Notes: generated by a model from the sequence alone, not told the origin. A stretch of 64,000 bases of DNA from an uncultured archaeon (GCA_964410585.1 CAYPFW010000002.1:78207-142206); one strand, 5' to 3'. Positions 45,273-55,735 are shown, numbered from the stretch's first letter. Numbers and translations are program-made.

Positions 45273-46439
45273 AAATTTGTGATATTCCACGGGTCTTTTG
45301 GGAGTCCTGAAGGCAATTGGTTTCCAGAGCTGAAAGAAAAACTGGAGCATTTTGGTCAAGTTGTCCTTATTCCAAAATTCCCTGTAGACAGTTGGAATGA
45401 GCTGACAAATAACCCAAAAAAACAATTGAATCAAAGCCTTGAAAGCTGGCTCAAAGAGTTTGAAAGAATCCAAAAAACTTTCAAAAAAGACGAAAAACTC
45501 TGCCTTGTTGGTCACTCTCTTGGTTGTCTTTTCATCCTCCATGTTGTATCAAAATACAATATCAGCCTTGACAGTGCAATTTTTGTCTCACCCTTTCTGG
45601 AAAAACTAAACAAACAGTGGCAAATAGATTTAGTGAATAAAACATTTTACAAAACAGACTTTGATTTCAAAAAACTGAAAGCCTCAATCCCAGTTTCCTA
45701 TGTTTTGTATTCAGACAATGATCCATATGTTGACAAAAAATATGCTTTGGATTTTGCTGAAAAAACAGGAAGCTCGGTGATTTTTGTGAAAAGTGCGGGA
45801 CACATGAATGCTGAAGTCAACCTAAATGAGTTTCCTCTTGTCTACGAGCTTTGCAAAACAAGGCTCGATCTTTCCCTATACCAAAGCTACCTTGCACATA
45901 GAAGGGAGCTGTTCTCAGTCGACTACACAAAGGGAAAAACAGAAGAGATAGTTTTCATCGATCCAAAAGAAATAATTGACGAGGGTGTCTTCCATTTCAG
46001 GAATCTCAAAAAATCAGGCTTCTGCACATTCTACACTGCACTGGATTTCTCAGACCCAGAATCAATATACATGAAAGAAGCAAGAAAGGCGGCAAAAAGA
46101 ATCAAAGATCTGACTCGAGTTTTCATAGTAAACGATCTCGCGGACTTGGAAAAAGAAAATATTAGGAAACAAATCAAACTTGACATAGAATCGGGCATCC
46201 GCGTATATTTCTGCATGTTTGGTTCAGTAAAAGATTTGTCAGAACCTGATTTTGGTATTTGGGACGAAGACTATTTGTGCATTGTTAACTTTGACAAAAA
46301 CAAAGTGACAGGTGTCAAATTGACAAGCCGGGAAAAAGATATATCAGAAGCATTGAAGTGGAAGGAAAAAATTCTGAGCAAAGCAACAAAAATAAATTCA
46401 GAAAAAGATATAGAAGATTTTAGGAGAAAACATGAGTGA
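45273..46439 (+). CDS. Serine hydrolase (RBBP9/YdeN-like alpha/beta fold) fused to a C-terminal domain of unknown function
   Basis: MKFVIFHGSFGSPEGNW..., nucleophile elbow VGHSLGC, C-terminal GHMNAE. The listed ORF start at 45045 is rejected because that region is the GC-rich non-coding segment. Confidence 0.6.
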   Translation, partial: KFVIFHGSFGSPEGNWFPELKEKLEHFGQVVLIPKFPVDSWNELTNNPKKQLNQSLESWLKEFERIQKTFKKDEKLCLVGHSLGCLFILHVVSKYNISLDSAIFVSPFLEKLNKQWQIDLVNKTFYKTDFDFKKLKASIPVSYVLYSDNDPYVDKKYALDFAEKTGSSVIFVKSAGHMNAEVNLNEFPLVYELCKTRLDLSLYQSYLAHRRELFSVDYTKGKTEEIVFIDPKEIIDEGVFHFRNLKKSGFCTFYTALDFSDPESIYMKEARKAAKRIKDLTRVFIVNDLADLEKENIRKQIKLDIESGIRVYFCMFGSVKDLSEPDFGIWDEDYLCIVNFDKNKVTGVKLTSREKDISEALKWKEKILSKATKINSEKDIEDFRRKHE

Positions 46440-46746
46440 ATTCATCATCATCTTAACAACAACAGACTCTGAAGAAAAAGCAGACAAAATAGCCTCTCAT
46501 CTTCTAGAAAAAAGGCTTGCGGCTTGCGTGCAAATTTTTCCGATAAAAAGCTATTATAGATGGAAGGGAAAAATAGAAAATTCGAGTGAATTCGCCCTTT
46601 TCATCAAAACTAAAAAGCCAAAATACAAAGACGTTGAAAAAGAAATAAAATCAGTCCACTCATACGAGACTCCAGAAATAATTTCTATACCAATTTTAGA
46701 CGGAAGTAAGGACTACCTAAGTTGGTTATCAAAAGAAGTAGGGTAG
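46432..46746 (+). CDS. cutA: CutA1 divalent-cation tolerance protein
   Basis: 104 aa; ...KRLAACVQIFPIKSYYRWKGKIE... has the typical CutA layout. Confidence 0.75.
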   Translation: MSEFIIILTTTDSEEKADKIASHLLEKRLAACVQIFPIKSYYRWKGKIENSSEFALFIKTKKPKYKDVEKEIKSVHSYETPEIISIPILDGSKDYLSWLSKEVG

Positions 46747-46748
46747 CT

Positions 46749-47078
46749 ATGAGAATATGGGATATAAATCCAGAAAAACTTTGTCGAAACCATCTTCTAG
46801 GTGAACATAGGGAATTACACGCTATTTGGTCCATACTCACCAAAAGCAAACGCGGATATTCAAAACACCCTGAAACCTTAAGGTGGAAAGGCAAACTAAA
46901 AGCCCTTTACATAAGGCACGAAAAACTTTCCAGAGAAATTAAAAAAAGAGGCTATACTCACAAATCTTCTCTAGACAAAAAATTGGCTTCTGGATCAGGA
47001 GTACAAAAAGAATTTTTACAATCCTGCTCTAAACAAAAACTAATATTAAAAAGGAAAGGATGCGATTGTAAAGTTTGA
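46749..47078 (+). CDS. Pyrimidine-dimer DNA glycosylase (endonuclease V/DenV-like) family protein
   Basis: WDINPEKLCRNHLLGEHRELHAI...HPETLRW resembles the T4 endoV-family motif QHLMAEYREL. Confidence 0.45.
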   Translation: MRIWDINPEKLCRNHLLGEHRELHAIWSILTKSKRGYSKHPETLRWKGKLKALYIRHEKLSREIKKRGYTHKSSLDKKLASGSGVQKEFLQSCSKQKLILKRKGCDCKV

Positions 47079-47082
47079 GAAA

Positions 47083-47778
47083 CTATTTCTCCAAAACCTT
47101 CTTGGCCTTGTTCAACCTCTCATGTGTGTCTGTTGTTAGCCATGTAGTTTGAAACTTAAATCCATATAGCCTTCCCACTCCAGCGATTTTGGGGAAAACA
47201 TCCTTTTCAATAGAAGACTTTCCTTCTGGAAGCAAATCCAAAGCTTCTTTCTCAAGTATATACAGGCCAGCATTTGCAAAGTTTGAAGGCGCGTCTTCTG
47301 GTTTTGGCTTCTCAACAAACCTCAGTATTTTCTCACCTTCCAATTCAACAACACCAAACTGTGACGTGTCCTCGACTTCAACAAGAGCCAATGTAGCCAA
47401 TGCCTTGTTCTTCTTGTGATGTTCAAGCATTTTTGTTATGTCAACATCCTTTATTTCGTCTCCGTTGCACATAACAAATGTCGAGTCAAAATTTCTAGAA
47501 GCTAGTTTCAAAGCCCCTCCTGTCCCAAGCTCCTCTTGTTCTTGAGAATAAATAATTTCCGAACCTTTCCAATTAGATTCAAAGTGTTTCTTGATTTGCT
47601 CTGACAAATATCCAACACCAAGAACAATTGTTTTCACTCCATGCTTTTTCATCAATTCGATATTATATTCTAAAATAGGCCTTCCGTTCACAGGCACCAT
47701 AACCTTCTGTGTATCATATGTAAGCGGCCTTAACCTTGTTCCCTTTCCCCCACAAAGAATGAAAGCTTTTGTTAGCAT
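47083..47778 (-). CDS. Sugar-phosphate nucleotidyltransferase (NDP-sugar pyrophosphorylase)
   Basis: N-terminus AFILCGGKGTRLRPLT signature. Confidence 0.8.
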   Translation of the reverse strand: MLTKAFILCGGKGTRLRPLTYDTQKVMVPVNGRPILEYNIELMKKHGVKTIVLGVGYLSEQIKKHFESNWKGSEIIYSQEQEELGTGGALKLASRNFDSTFVMCNGDEIKDVDITKMLEHHKKNKALATLALVEVEDTSQFGVVELEGEKILRFVEKPKPEDAPSNFANAGLYILEKEALDLLPEGKSSIEKDVFPKIAGVGRLYGFKFQTTWLTTDTHERLNKAKKVLEK

Positions 47779-47807
47779 AGGTGATATTGAAGAACGAAGT
47801 ATATAAA

Positions 47808-48065
47808 TTATTTACTAAAAAACTTGACCAGCAAACACGACAATAGGTACGCATAAATAAGATGGGAAATGAAAAGGACAAAGAGACCAAATCCATCCAT
47901 TGTGTAGTTCCAGTAAAAATAGAAAATTGGGAAGTTGATTATTGTGCCGAAAAAAGTGATGTAGTTGCTGAAGTATAGACCAACGCCAACAGCAAGCTTC
48001 CATTTATTTGGAACAAAAAACTTAATCCAAGGATTCCTTTTCCACAATGGTTTTTTCTCTTTCAT
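47808..48065 (-). CDS. Small membrane protein
   Basis: 85 aa, two hydrophobic helices. Confidence 0.3.
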   Translation of the reverse strand: MKEKKPLWKRNPWIKFFVPNKWKLAVGVGLYFSNYITFFGTIINFPIFYFYWNYTMDGFGLFVLFISHLIYAYLLSCLLVKFFSK

Positions 48066-48092
48066 ATAATATATGTCCTAGGCAAATAAAAA

Positions 48093-49358
48093 TTAAACTT
48101 CCTTTTCCCACTTCTCCCCCCTATTTGAAGAAAACAACTCATAGAATGCTGAATAAACATATATGCCTAGTATAGCTATCGTATACGGAAAGAAAAACGC
48201 GAGCGCGAAAATGACTTCTATTGTTATTTTTTTGGAAAATTTAATTAAAGACAGGATGGCAAAGGCATAGCTCATAGAGAAAACAATTATCACAAGCACG
48301 TTCAATGTGTTAGTTAGATAGATTCCTGCTCCTATTTTGTATATGAAATCTACCATTCCATATGGTGTCAGCCACTTGAAAAAATAAACAAAAACATCAT
48401 ATGAAATAAAGTCGCCTTTTGAAAAAAAGTATTCAATATAGCCGCCAAAAATCTGGTACAAGACAATGGGCAAATACAAAAACGCGTGTATGAACCAATA
48501 CAATTGTGTTGGTATAGAATAGAAGCCAACAGCAGATTTCTTGAACAAAATGTCGCTGTGTTTTCTAATAACTTGAAGGGTCCCTCTATTCCATCTTGTT
48601 CTTTGTTTAATCAAACCAGAAAATTTTTGCGGTACCCTTGTATATGCAATAGAATTTGGAACCATTTTTATTTTGTGCCCAGCCTTTCTCAAATACATGC
48701 ATATATCATAATCTTCAACTGCGCTATCGCCTCTAAAACCGCCAACAGAAAGGAAAGCCGACTTCCTAAAAGCACTGAACCCCGGGACTATACAAGAGCC
48801 ATTTACTTTGTCAACAACATATCTCCAAGAAGATGATATAGCATATTCAAATTGTTGGATCCAGTTTAGGACGCTGGTTCTCCTTTTTACCCTAAGCGTT
48901 GTCGAAACAGCTCCAACATTCTCATCTAAAAATGGCTGGGTCAAATTCTCCAGGGAGCCCCTTTCTATTTCTGTGTCTGCATCAAGAACAGCTACTAAGC
49001 TATATTTACAATGCTTAATCCCAAGGTTGACTGCCAAACCCTTGCCTTTGTGTTCGCCTTCTATTAGTTTTACGTTTTTGTTTTTAGCTGAAATTCCCTT
49101 TACAATTTCAGCTGTCCTATCTGTTGATCCATCATTCACAACAATTATTTCTATATCCTCTGAATATCCAGAATTTAGGATGCTTCTTATCGCAGATTCT
49201 ATATTCTCCTCCTCGTTGTGTGCTGGGATAACTATAGAAATTGGTTGTTTGTTTTCTTTATTTTTTCTCGAAGATGGAACCAAAAACAAGATTAACCAAG
49301 ACGCATATAGAACCGTCAATATAACCATTATCGGTATCAAAAGAAAATCAACTGACAT
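48093..49358 (-). CDS. Family 2 glycosyltransferase (processive, membrane-integrated)
   Basis: ISIVIPAHNEE, DADTE, QRTRWNRG (Q-x2-RW) plus N- and C-terminal TM helices. Confidence 0.8.
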   Translation of the reverse strand: MSVDFLLIPIMVILTVLYASWLILFLVPSSRKNKENKQPISIVIPAHNEEENIESAIRSILNSGYSEDIEIIVVNDGSTDRTAEIVKGISAKNKNVKLIEGEHKGKGLAVNLGIKHCKYSLVAVLDADTEIERGSLENLTQPFLDENVGAVSTTLRVKRRTSVLNWIQQFEYAISSSWRYVVDKVNGSCIVPGFSAFRKSAFLSVGGFRGDSAVEDYDICMYLRKAGHKIKMVPNSIAYTRVPQKFSGLIKQRTRWNRGTLQVIRKHSDILFKKSAVGFYSIPTQLYWFIHAFLYLPIVLYQIFGGYIEYFFSKGDFISYDVFVYFFKWLTPYGMVDFIYKIGAGIYLTNTLNVLVIIVFSMSYAFAILSLIKFSKKITIEVIFALAFFFPYTIAILGIYVYSAFYELFSSNRGEKWEKEV

Positions 49359-49388
49359 AAGTGTAATCGTGTATCCAGATTAAAATAT

Positions 49389-50705
49389 CTACTCTGAAGT
49401 CTTTTTCCTGCTAAACAATTTTTTAAAGAACTCAGCTATCGATATGCTTCCCATTTTTGGTGTCCTTATCCATCCTCCTTTAAAGCCGAAGACAGCTTTG
49501 AAGAAAGCTATCATGTTTGTGAATGAGAGGATTATACCAATAATCATCGAAGAAATGAAAAGTTTTACAAAATCAGCGCCTTTGCTTGTTTTCCAAATGA
49601 CCTCTGCCTCATCTGATCTATATAATCCAATGGCTATCAAAAACACAAAGCCAGATGTATATCCTATTGTGATAAGGAATTTTATTAAGTCTGAAAGCGC
49701 TAGAGGTGTTGGCGGAGTTAGAACCCAACCCAGTTGTCCTGTGAGAGCAACAAGAAAAACAATTGGAGCTGTTATGTATGATGAAGTGATATATGTGAGC
49801 ATACCTCTTTGACCCATACTGAAGTTTTTGCTGAAAAATATCTGTCTCCACCTATCCATGAAGACTCTTGTGATCCCATATGCCCACCTCATTTGCTGCT
49901 TCAAAAAGCTTCGAAGGCTGAAAGGCACTTCACCTGGAACAACGAGATTGTGTAGGTAAAGGCTCCTGTATCCTTTTTCAAGCAAAACAACAGAAAGGTC
50001 TGCGTCCTCTGTTATGCTTTTTTGGTTCCATCCACCTGCTTCCAAAAGGACAGATTTTTTAATTGCCCCACCTGTACCGCAAAAGAAAGCAGCATTCATC
50101 TTATAGCTTATTGGCATTATGCAGTTGTGGTATATCATCAAAAGTATTGCAGCAAATTTCGAAACAATATTTGTATTGTAATTGACAAATCCCATCCTTG
50201 ATTGAACAATTGCTGTTTTAGAATCATTCGCAAAAGGTGTCACAAGTTTCCTTAGAAAATTCCTGTTTGGAACAAAATCAGAATCAAAAATGCAGATTAT
50301 ATCTCCTTTTGTGTGCGGCAGAACAGCGTTTAGGGCTCCTGGTTTAAATCCCTCCCTTGTTGCCCTTCTTATCAATTTAACTTGGTTTTTTCCCTTGACA
50401 TATTTGTCGAGGATTTTTTTTGTCAGAGGATCTGTGCTGTCATCTGCAACTATAATATCAAACTTGTTTTTTGGATAGTTGAATTTCAGACATTTTTTGA
50501 CACATCTTATTGCAACAGGATCGTTGTATACAGGTATTTGTATGGTGACTTTAGGAAGATCTATGTCTCTTATTTTGTTGAACGTGTATCTAGGAAGCTT
50601 TGCAGCTATCGCAGTGAAGCCGAGAACATAGTAGAGTATAGAGAAAAATATGATTGGGATTAGTAATGCTTGGTAAATCAAAAGGTTAATTATGTATATT
50701 TCCAT
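49389..50705 (-). CDS. Family 2 glycosyltransferase (processive, membrane-integrated), second paralog
   Basis: VTIQIPVYNDP, DSD, QQMRWAYG. The ORF extends to 50726; the Met at 50705 is preferred. Confidence 0.75.
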   Translation of the reverse strand: MEIYIINLLIYQALLIPIIFFSILYYVLGFTAIAAKLPRYTFNKIRDIDLPKVTIQIPVYNDPVAIRCVKKCLKFNYPKNKFDIIVADDSTDPLTKKILDKYVKGKNQVKLIRRATREGFKPGALNAVLPHTKGDIICIFDSDFVPNRNFLRKLVTPFANDSKTAIVQSRMGFVNYNTNIVSKFAAILLMIYHNCIMPISYKMNAAFFCGTGGAIKKSVLLEAGGWNQKSITEDADLSVVLLEKGYRSLYLHNLVVPGEVPFSLRSFLKQQMRWAYGITRVFMDRWRQIFFSKNFSMGQRGMLTYITSSYITAPIVFLVALTGQLGWVLTPPTPLALSDLIKFLITIGYTSGFVFLIAIGLYRSDEAEVIWKTSKGADFVKLFISSMIIGIILSFTNMIAFFKAVFGFKGGWIRTPKMGSISIAEFFKKLFSRKKTSE

Positions 50706-50737
50706 AATATAGTTAGGTCGACCCAATATATGTCTTT

Positions 50738-51481
50738 CTATTCGCCACTTAGTGTAGAATTAGTTGTTTTATTTGTTGTATCATTCGATATGTTAGTTAC
50801 ATTAATGGAAGATTTGATGCTGGTCTGATTTTCTGGGCACGATATATTCAGGTTTTGGCACACAATTCCCTCTAATTTAGTTTCGTTTGTGAGGCTTCTG
50901 TATACATCGCTTCCTATAACAAGAGAAGGCGCGCTTTCAATTTGGTGGCTTTTTACAAGTGTCTGCACAAGGTTGTTTTTTACATCCTTATCAACTGCAT
51001 ATGTGAATATTTTTTCCCTGTCTATTGATTTTATGCTTTCTAAAACAGCTTCCTGTGTCCTGCAATCTGTGCATGGGAATGAGTAGTAGTAAAGTATGGA
51101 CAGGGAAGGGCTTTCGCAATTCTCTTTTATTGATGATTTCAATAGCCAAGCTCGAATAGAAAGTGTGCTGTATAGTTCTTTCAATTCATTGAATTTTGAG
51201 TCTGTGCTTTCTGCACGTATATCGTTTGATATTGATTCCAACTTAGATGCAATTGTTGAGGAGAGAGATTGTAGAACAGCGCAGCTAGACTCCCCACTCA
51301 AGCTTAAAAGTATAAGCTCTTGCTGCTGGTTTTCAATGTCTGCTTTAATAGAAGCCAAATCCCTTTCCAAAGATTGTGAGAGATTTTGTTGTATGTTCAC
51401 GCCTGTGAAAATTCCAGCGACATAAAGTACAACAGAAAGAAATGCTGTGAATACGTATACTGCTTTCATTCCCATATACAA
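50738..51481 (-). CDS. Hypothetical membrane-anchored protein with a CxxC (thioredoxin-like) motif
   Basis: N-terminal TM, coiled-coil region, YYYSFPCTDCRTQ. Confidence 0.35.
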   Translation of the reverse strand: MYMGMKAVYVFTAFLSVVLYVAGIFTGVNIQQNLSQSLERDLASIKADIENQQQELILLSLSGESSCAVLQSLSSTIASKLESISNDIRAESTDSKFNELKELYSTLSIRAWLLKSSIKENCESPSLSILYYYSFPCTDCRTQEAVLESIKSIDREKIFTYAVDKDVKNNLVQTLVKSHQIESAPSLVIGSDVYRSLTNETKLEGIVCQNLNISCPENQTSIKSSINVTNISNDTTNKTTNSTLSGE

Positions 51482-51485
51482 TATA

Positions 51486-52478
51486 TTAGAATAGGCTTTT
51501 TATAATAAGCGTGCCATAGCTGCCCTTTGGAAGCTCGAAGGAAATACTAAGCTTCTTATTTTTGTTTATTTCGTCTTCTCCTATTTTCCAGGAAACTCTT
51601 TTAGGGAAAACCAAAAAATCCCTTTCATCTCCCGGAAAGCTTATTTCTTTGAAAATATTTTTGAAGTCCTCGAGTTTAATGCCTTCTTTTTTTAGTAGCT
51701 TTTGGATATTTTTCTTTATTTTTGGATAGCTCTCCAATCTTGTTGCAAATCCAACAACCGGAATTTTAAAGTTAGATGTTTTTTCAGACGCCGATTCCAT
51801 AACATAAGATCTTGCCAGTGTATTCCACAAATAGGACTGGTAAGAGTTCACAAAAAGCATCTTCAAGTTTTTAGGCAAGCACTCTAAAGCGCCTTGAAAA
51901 TCATTTGGGTTTTTGCCCAAATATTCTAATACTTTATTCTCCCATTGACCTTTGTTTTTCACAAACAGGTTAACAGCGGCCTCGAAATCTTTTTTAACCA
52001 AGTATTTGCCAATTAAATGGTTCTTTTTGGTCAGTCCAAATCTCTGCTCATCAAAAAGGTTTACAACACCCCTTTTTAGTTTTTCTATTCTTTTATCCAA
52101 TCCTCTAATGTCCTTTTTGAACAAATCTCTTACAACTATTTCAAACCTATTTCCCTTCAAATCCTTTGTTTCAATCCTTCTGTTGTTTTTGTCAAGGTTA
52201 GAGAGCTCAACATCTTTTATTTGTATTTTTTTCAAAACTTCTTCAGAAACTCTCCAAGCTGAAACTGTTTGGTAGGTAACAGCATTTTTGTCTTTCAATC
52301 CAACATATGAAAACCGATTTGTAGAGACGCCGCATTTTTTAGCCAATAGATCCAAAACCTTGAACAGTTCCCAATTTTTTTTCTTCAAAGTAAACCAAGT
52401 ATACTCGCCCTCGCCAATTGGTTTTTTAGAAACAATTTCTTTGACAATGAAATCTTCTGGGAGTTGTTTGATTTTCAT
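51486..52478 (-). CDS. truD: tRNA pseudouridine(13) synthase TruD/Pus7-like
   Basis: N-terminus LPEDFIVKEI; catalytic Asp context VGLKDKNAVT. Confidence 0.7.
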   Translation of the reverse strand: MKIKQLPEDFIVKEIVSKKPIGEGEYTWFTLKKKNWELFKVLDLLAKKCGVSTNRFSYVGLKDKNAVTYQTVSAWRVSEEVLKKIQIKDVELSNLDKNNRRIETKDLKGNRFEIVVRDLFKKDIRGLDKRIEKLKRGVVNLFDEQRFGLTKKNHLIGKYLVKKDFEAAVNLFVKNKGQWENKVLEYLGKNPNDFQGALECLPKNLKMLFVNSYQSYLWNTLARSYVMESASEKTSNFKIPVVGFATRLESYPKIKKNIQKLLKKEGIKLEDFKNIFKEISFPGDERDFLVFPKRVSWKIGEDEINKNKKLSISFELPKGSYGTLIIKSLF

Positions 52479-52488
52479 ATTTGAATAT

Positions 52489-52533
52489 TATTTTTCTTTA
52501 TGTACGGCTCTCTTTCTTTTTCTAAAAGAAATA
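52489..52533 (+). ncRNA. Copy C of the repeated intergenic element (degenerate: TTTTTCTTTATGTACGGCTC plus 8-bp hairpin TTTCTTTT/AAAAGAAA)
   Basis: Matches copy B over CTTTCTTTTTCTAAAAGAAA; the 3' box is lost. It sits 11-55 bp upstream of the truD start. Confidence 0.35.
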
Positions 52534-52537
52534 ATAA

Positions 52538-53191
52538 TTACACAAATCCTAAAATATCTGATATCCTCTCCAACTCGGGTCCAGATGTTTGGAAACCAAC
52601 TAATAAACCGGATGAATTTGTAATGACCCCAGATTTTACGTAAGAATATCCGAAATTCACAGTTGCTGGTCCTGATTTAACTTTCAAAACATCTTCCAAA
52701 ACTCTTTGCTCATGTTCAGTGATGTTCTTTGCAGTTAAGCATCCTTTATTATTGGCCGCTCCATATGTTCCAACTAAGTCTATTCCAAAAATTGTTGATA
52801 TTTCTGTCTTCACACCAAGGAAATCCTGTATCTTATTTTTTTGATAAGCCAATTTTTCTGATATCAGGCACCCTTTATCATTTGCCAAAACAAGGTTACC
52901 CAAGGCTGTATGCCTTCCCTCCAAAACAAGCACATTTGCCTGCTTTTTCAAGCTTTCCAATTCCCTGTTTCTTATGATTTCAGGGACAAGTATACCATTT
53001 GAATTTCCAGCGCAAAATATTCCTGGAAGGTCTGTACCAGAGATTTTGTTTTGGATAATTTTTACATTTAGTGCTTCGTGTAATTTGTCTGCCTCTTTCT
53101 TCATTACTTCGCCAACTAAACAATATCCATCAGTAGCAAAGGCATAGAGTCCTATGTTCGGATCATTGCTAAAGGCCAATTTATCGATCAT
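52538..53191 (-). CDS. eif6: Translation initiation factor 6 (aIF6)
   Basis: Pentein-fold repeats with ALGN and repeated G-[ST]-x-N motifs; 217 aa. Confidence 0.75.
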   Translation of the reverse strand: MIDKLAFSNDPNIGLYAFATDGYCLVGEVMKKEADKLHEALNVKIIQNKISGTDLPGIFCAGNSNGILVPEIIRNRELESLKKQANVLVLEGRHTALGNLVLANDKGCLISEKLAYQKNKIQDFLGVKTEISTIFGIDLVGTYGAANNKGCLTAKNITEHEQRVLEDVLKVKSGPATVNFGYSYVKSGVITNSSGLLVGFQTSGPELERISDILGFV

Positions 53192-53221
53192 ATCGGTTCT
53201 TTTAATTTATTAGTTTAAATA

Positions 53222-53905
53222 TTGAGCATGAGAGCTACATACAACCATTTGGCAGAGAATTATGATTTGAGGCAGGATAATCCAGCAACAAGACTACTCA
53301 GGAAAAAAGAAGAAGCTTTGATAAGAAGGTTTTCTAAAGGAATGGTTTTGGACCTTGGTTGTGGTACAGGAGCTCATTTGACTCTTGTTGAAAATTCAAT
53401 TGGTTTGGACATTTCAGAAAAAATGCTCAAAAAAGCAAAATCAAAAAGCAAGCCTCTGACCCAAGGAAACATTGAAAGTCTTCCAATAAAACCAAATTCC
53501 TTTGATTCTGTTTTCTGTTTTTATTCTACATTAAACATGGTAGATTTAGAAAAATCCTCTGAACAAATATCTAGAACATTAAAAACAAATGGGAAGATAA
53601 TAATTTCAGTAGTTAGCGTAAATGATATTGATGATTATAGATCATCTCCAGAAAACAAAATAAAAAAATTTAGGTTGGAGGGAAAACCAGTAAACATGAG
53701 GCTCTTCGAGAAGGAGGAAGTTGCTGAGGCTTTTCAAAAATTGGGACTAAAGCTTGTATATTTCAATTCAATCTTTAGGACACAGACTCCTAGATGGGGA
53801 AACTTCCAAAAATATTCTTTTTTTGAAAAATTAAAACTAAAAACAGAATGCGTTTTTCCAAAGAAATGGGGAAGGATCTACTTGATGGTTTTCAGTAAAA
53901 TCTAG
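53222..53905 (+). CDS. Class I SAM-dependent methyltransferase
   Basis: Motif I VLDLGCGTGAH. Confidence 0.75.
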   Translation: MSMRATYNHLAENYDLRQDNPATRLLRKKEEALIRRFSKGMVLDLGCGTGAHLTLVENSIGLDISEKMLKKAKSKSKPLTQGNIESLPIKPNSFDSVFCFYSTLNMVDLEKSSEQISRTLKTNGKIIISVVSVNDIDDYRSSPENKIKKFRLEGKPVNMRLFEKEEVAEAFQKLGLKLVYFNSIFRTQTPRWGNFQKYSFFEKLKLKTECVFPKKWGRIYLMVFSKI

Positions 53906-54870
53906 TCCTTCAACATTTTCTTAAAATTTTCTATTAAAGGCACAGGTGTTGGGTCTGTTTTATATTCCAAAGCCAGGAAATAGCTGATCCAATCTCCAAG
54001 ATAAATGGTTGTTATTAACTTCTCCAGAAAATTGTCTCCAGAAACATCTATGTATATTGATTCTATTTTGTTTTCAAGAGCTAGTTTTTTAACAACAACC
54101 ATTCTTTTTCTGACCATTTTATAGTCTTCTTCATCTTTCAAAAAAACAAAAGCAAAGTTCCCTTTTGGATTTATAATACCATTTATCTCATTGTGGTTGT
54201 GCTCAGGAAACACATTACAGAAGGCCATTGTTTTTGCGTTTTCGTTGATGTTTATTTTCCATTTGTATGCTGCAGCTTTCAGCCTTTCTGAAGAATAAAT
54301 TATTGGAACTTTATTTACCAAACTTTTGGAGATGCTTCTTGCTTTTTCTTCTAAATTCAAACTTCTCATTTTGGTTTCTAATTTTTCAATAATTTCCTTC
54401 TGGTTTTCCACAAGCCCGGAGTTTTCCAATACACCAAGCATGGAGAAAAACTGGTAGCAGTAAGACATCCTCGGTTGGATAGTTTCAGGTATTTTTATAA
54501 TGGGGCTTTTTCCTGTAGCTAATTTTTCGAGCTGTCCTCCATATGTTAAAACAACACAATTTAATTTTCTTTCAAGAGCTTGATTGTATGCTTCTAGTGT
54601 TTCTTCTGTGTTCCCAGAATAGCTTACAATAAAAAGAAGCGTTTTGTTGTCCAAAAAATTAGGGAGTTGATAATCCTTTAAAGTGAAAATTGGGATTTTA
54701 GATGAAGATAGGTAAGATTTCAAAATCTCTCCACCAAGGCCGCTTCCACCCATGCCTGCAATAGCAATCTTATCAACACCATTTATTTTTACACCTTTAG
54801 CAAGTTTATAGCCTTCTATAACCTGTTTATGTATCTCTTTTAGTGCAGAATACATGTTTAGACTGTCAAT
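53902..54870 (-). CDS. SIS-domain bifunctional phosphoglucose/phosphomannose isomerase
   Basis: DKIAIAGMGGSGLGGEIL SIS motif plus a second SIS half. The ORF extends to 54942, overlapping the upstream gene, so an internal Met start is preferred. Confidence 0.65.
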   Translation of the reverse strand: MDSLNMYSALKEIHKQVIEGYKLAKGVKINGVDKIAIAGMGGSGLGGEILKSYLSSSKIPIFTLKDYQLPNFLDNKTLLFIVSYSGNTEETLEAYNQALERKLNCVVLTYGGQLEKLATGKSPIIKIPETIQPRMSYCYQFFSMLGVLENSGLVENQKEIIEKLETKMRSLNLEEKARSISKSLVNKVPIIYSSERLKAAAYKWKININENAKTMAFCNVFPEHNHNEINGIINPKGNFAFVFLKDEEDYKMVRKRMVVVKKLALENKIESIYIDVSGDNFLEKLITTIYLGDWISYFLALEYKTDPTPVPLIENFKKMLKD

Positions 54871-54892
54871 CATAGAAAGAGTTAGCAAATGA

Positions 54893-55735
54893 CTATTTAA
54901 CCAATTTCCTAAATTCTGCTTCCACAACAACATGATAAACATTCGGCGCGTAATCTTTCACAATTTTCTTCTCCAAAACTTTGTCCAGTCTGAACCCATT
55001 TTCTTTTGCTGATTTTTCCAAATTTTTCAGAGGTTTGTCCCAAAGTTCTTTTTTTGAAAAAATATTGTGATAGACAATGATTCCTCTATCTTTCAAAAAT
55101 CCAAAAGCTGATGGAAGGAATTTGTCTGTCCCTGGAAAATATCCCATTAAAACTCTATCTGCCTTATGTGGGATTTTGGTTTTCCTGCAGTCCCCGTATA
55201 TCGGTTCTATATTTTTTATTTTGTTTAACCTAACATTTTCAACAAGATAGTCAAAGGCTGTTTTGTTCTTCTCAATTGAGTAAATTTTCTCAGTGTTTGT
55301 GTATTTGGCCAAATTTAGGGAAAAGTATCCGATCCCGGCAAACATATCAACAATAATTTCGCCTGGTTTTATTTTTTCCAAGAGCCTTTTCCTCTCTAAA
55401 AGGTTTCCTTTTGAAAACATTATTTTAGAAACATCAATTTTGTAAAAAATTCCGTTTTCCTTGTGTATGGTTTCTGTTGTTTTACCAAGCAAAATTTTCA
55501 ATTTAGGCTTCCTGAATTCTCCAGAAACTTGTTTTATTTCGCAAACAGTTTTTATGTATGGAAGAAGCTTCTGCGAAGCCGCTGCTATCTGTTTTTTCTG
55601 TTTCAATATTTTGATTTTGGAGAGCTTTAGAAGAAGTATATCTCCAATAATTTGATAAGAAGATGGTAGAAGTTTAGAATCAATTTTTGTAAGCTCGGAA
55701 AGTTTTTCCTTAAAGGACATAATATAGCTTGACAC
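54893..55735 (-). CDS. Trm5/Taw2-family (Met-10+ like) tRNA methyltransferase
   Basis: IVDMFAGIGYFSLNLAK motif I; about 280 aa. Confidence 0.7.
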   Translation of the reverse strand: MSSYIMSFKEKLSELTKIDSKLLPSSYQIIGDILLLKLSKIKILKQKKQIAAASQKLLPYIKTVCEIKQVSGEFRKPKLKILLGKTTETIHKENGIFYKIDVSKIMFSKGNLLERKRLLEKIKPGEIIVDMFAGIGYFSLNLAKYTNTEKIYSIEKNKTAFDYLVENVRLNKIKNIEPIYGDCRKTKIPHKADRVLMGYFPGTDKFLPSAFGFLKDRGIIVYHNIFSKKELWDKPLKNLEKSAKENGFRLDKVLEKKIVKDYAPNVYHVVVEAEFRKLVK

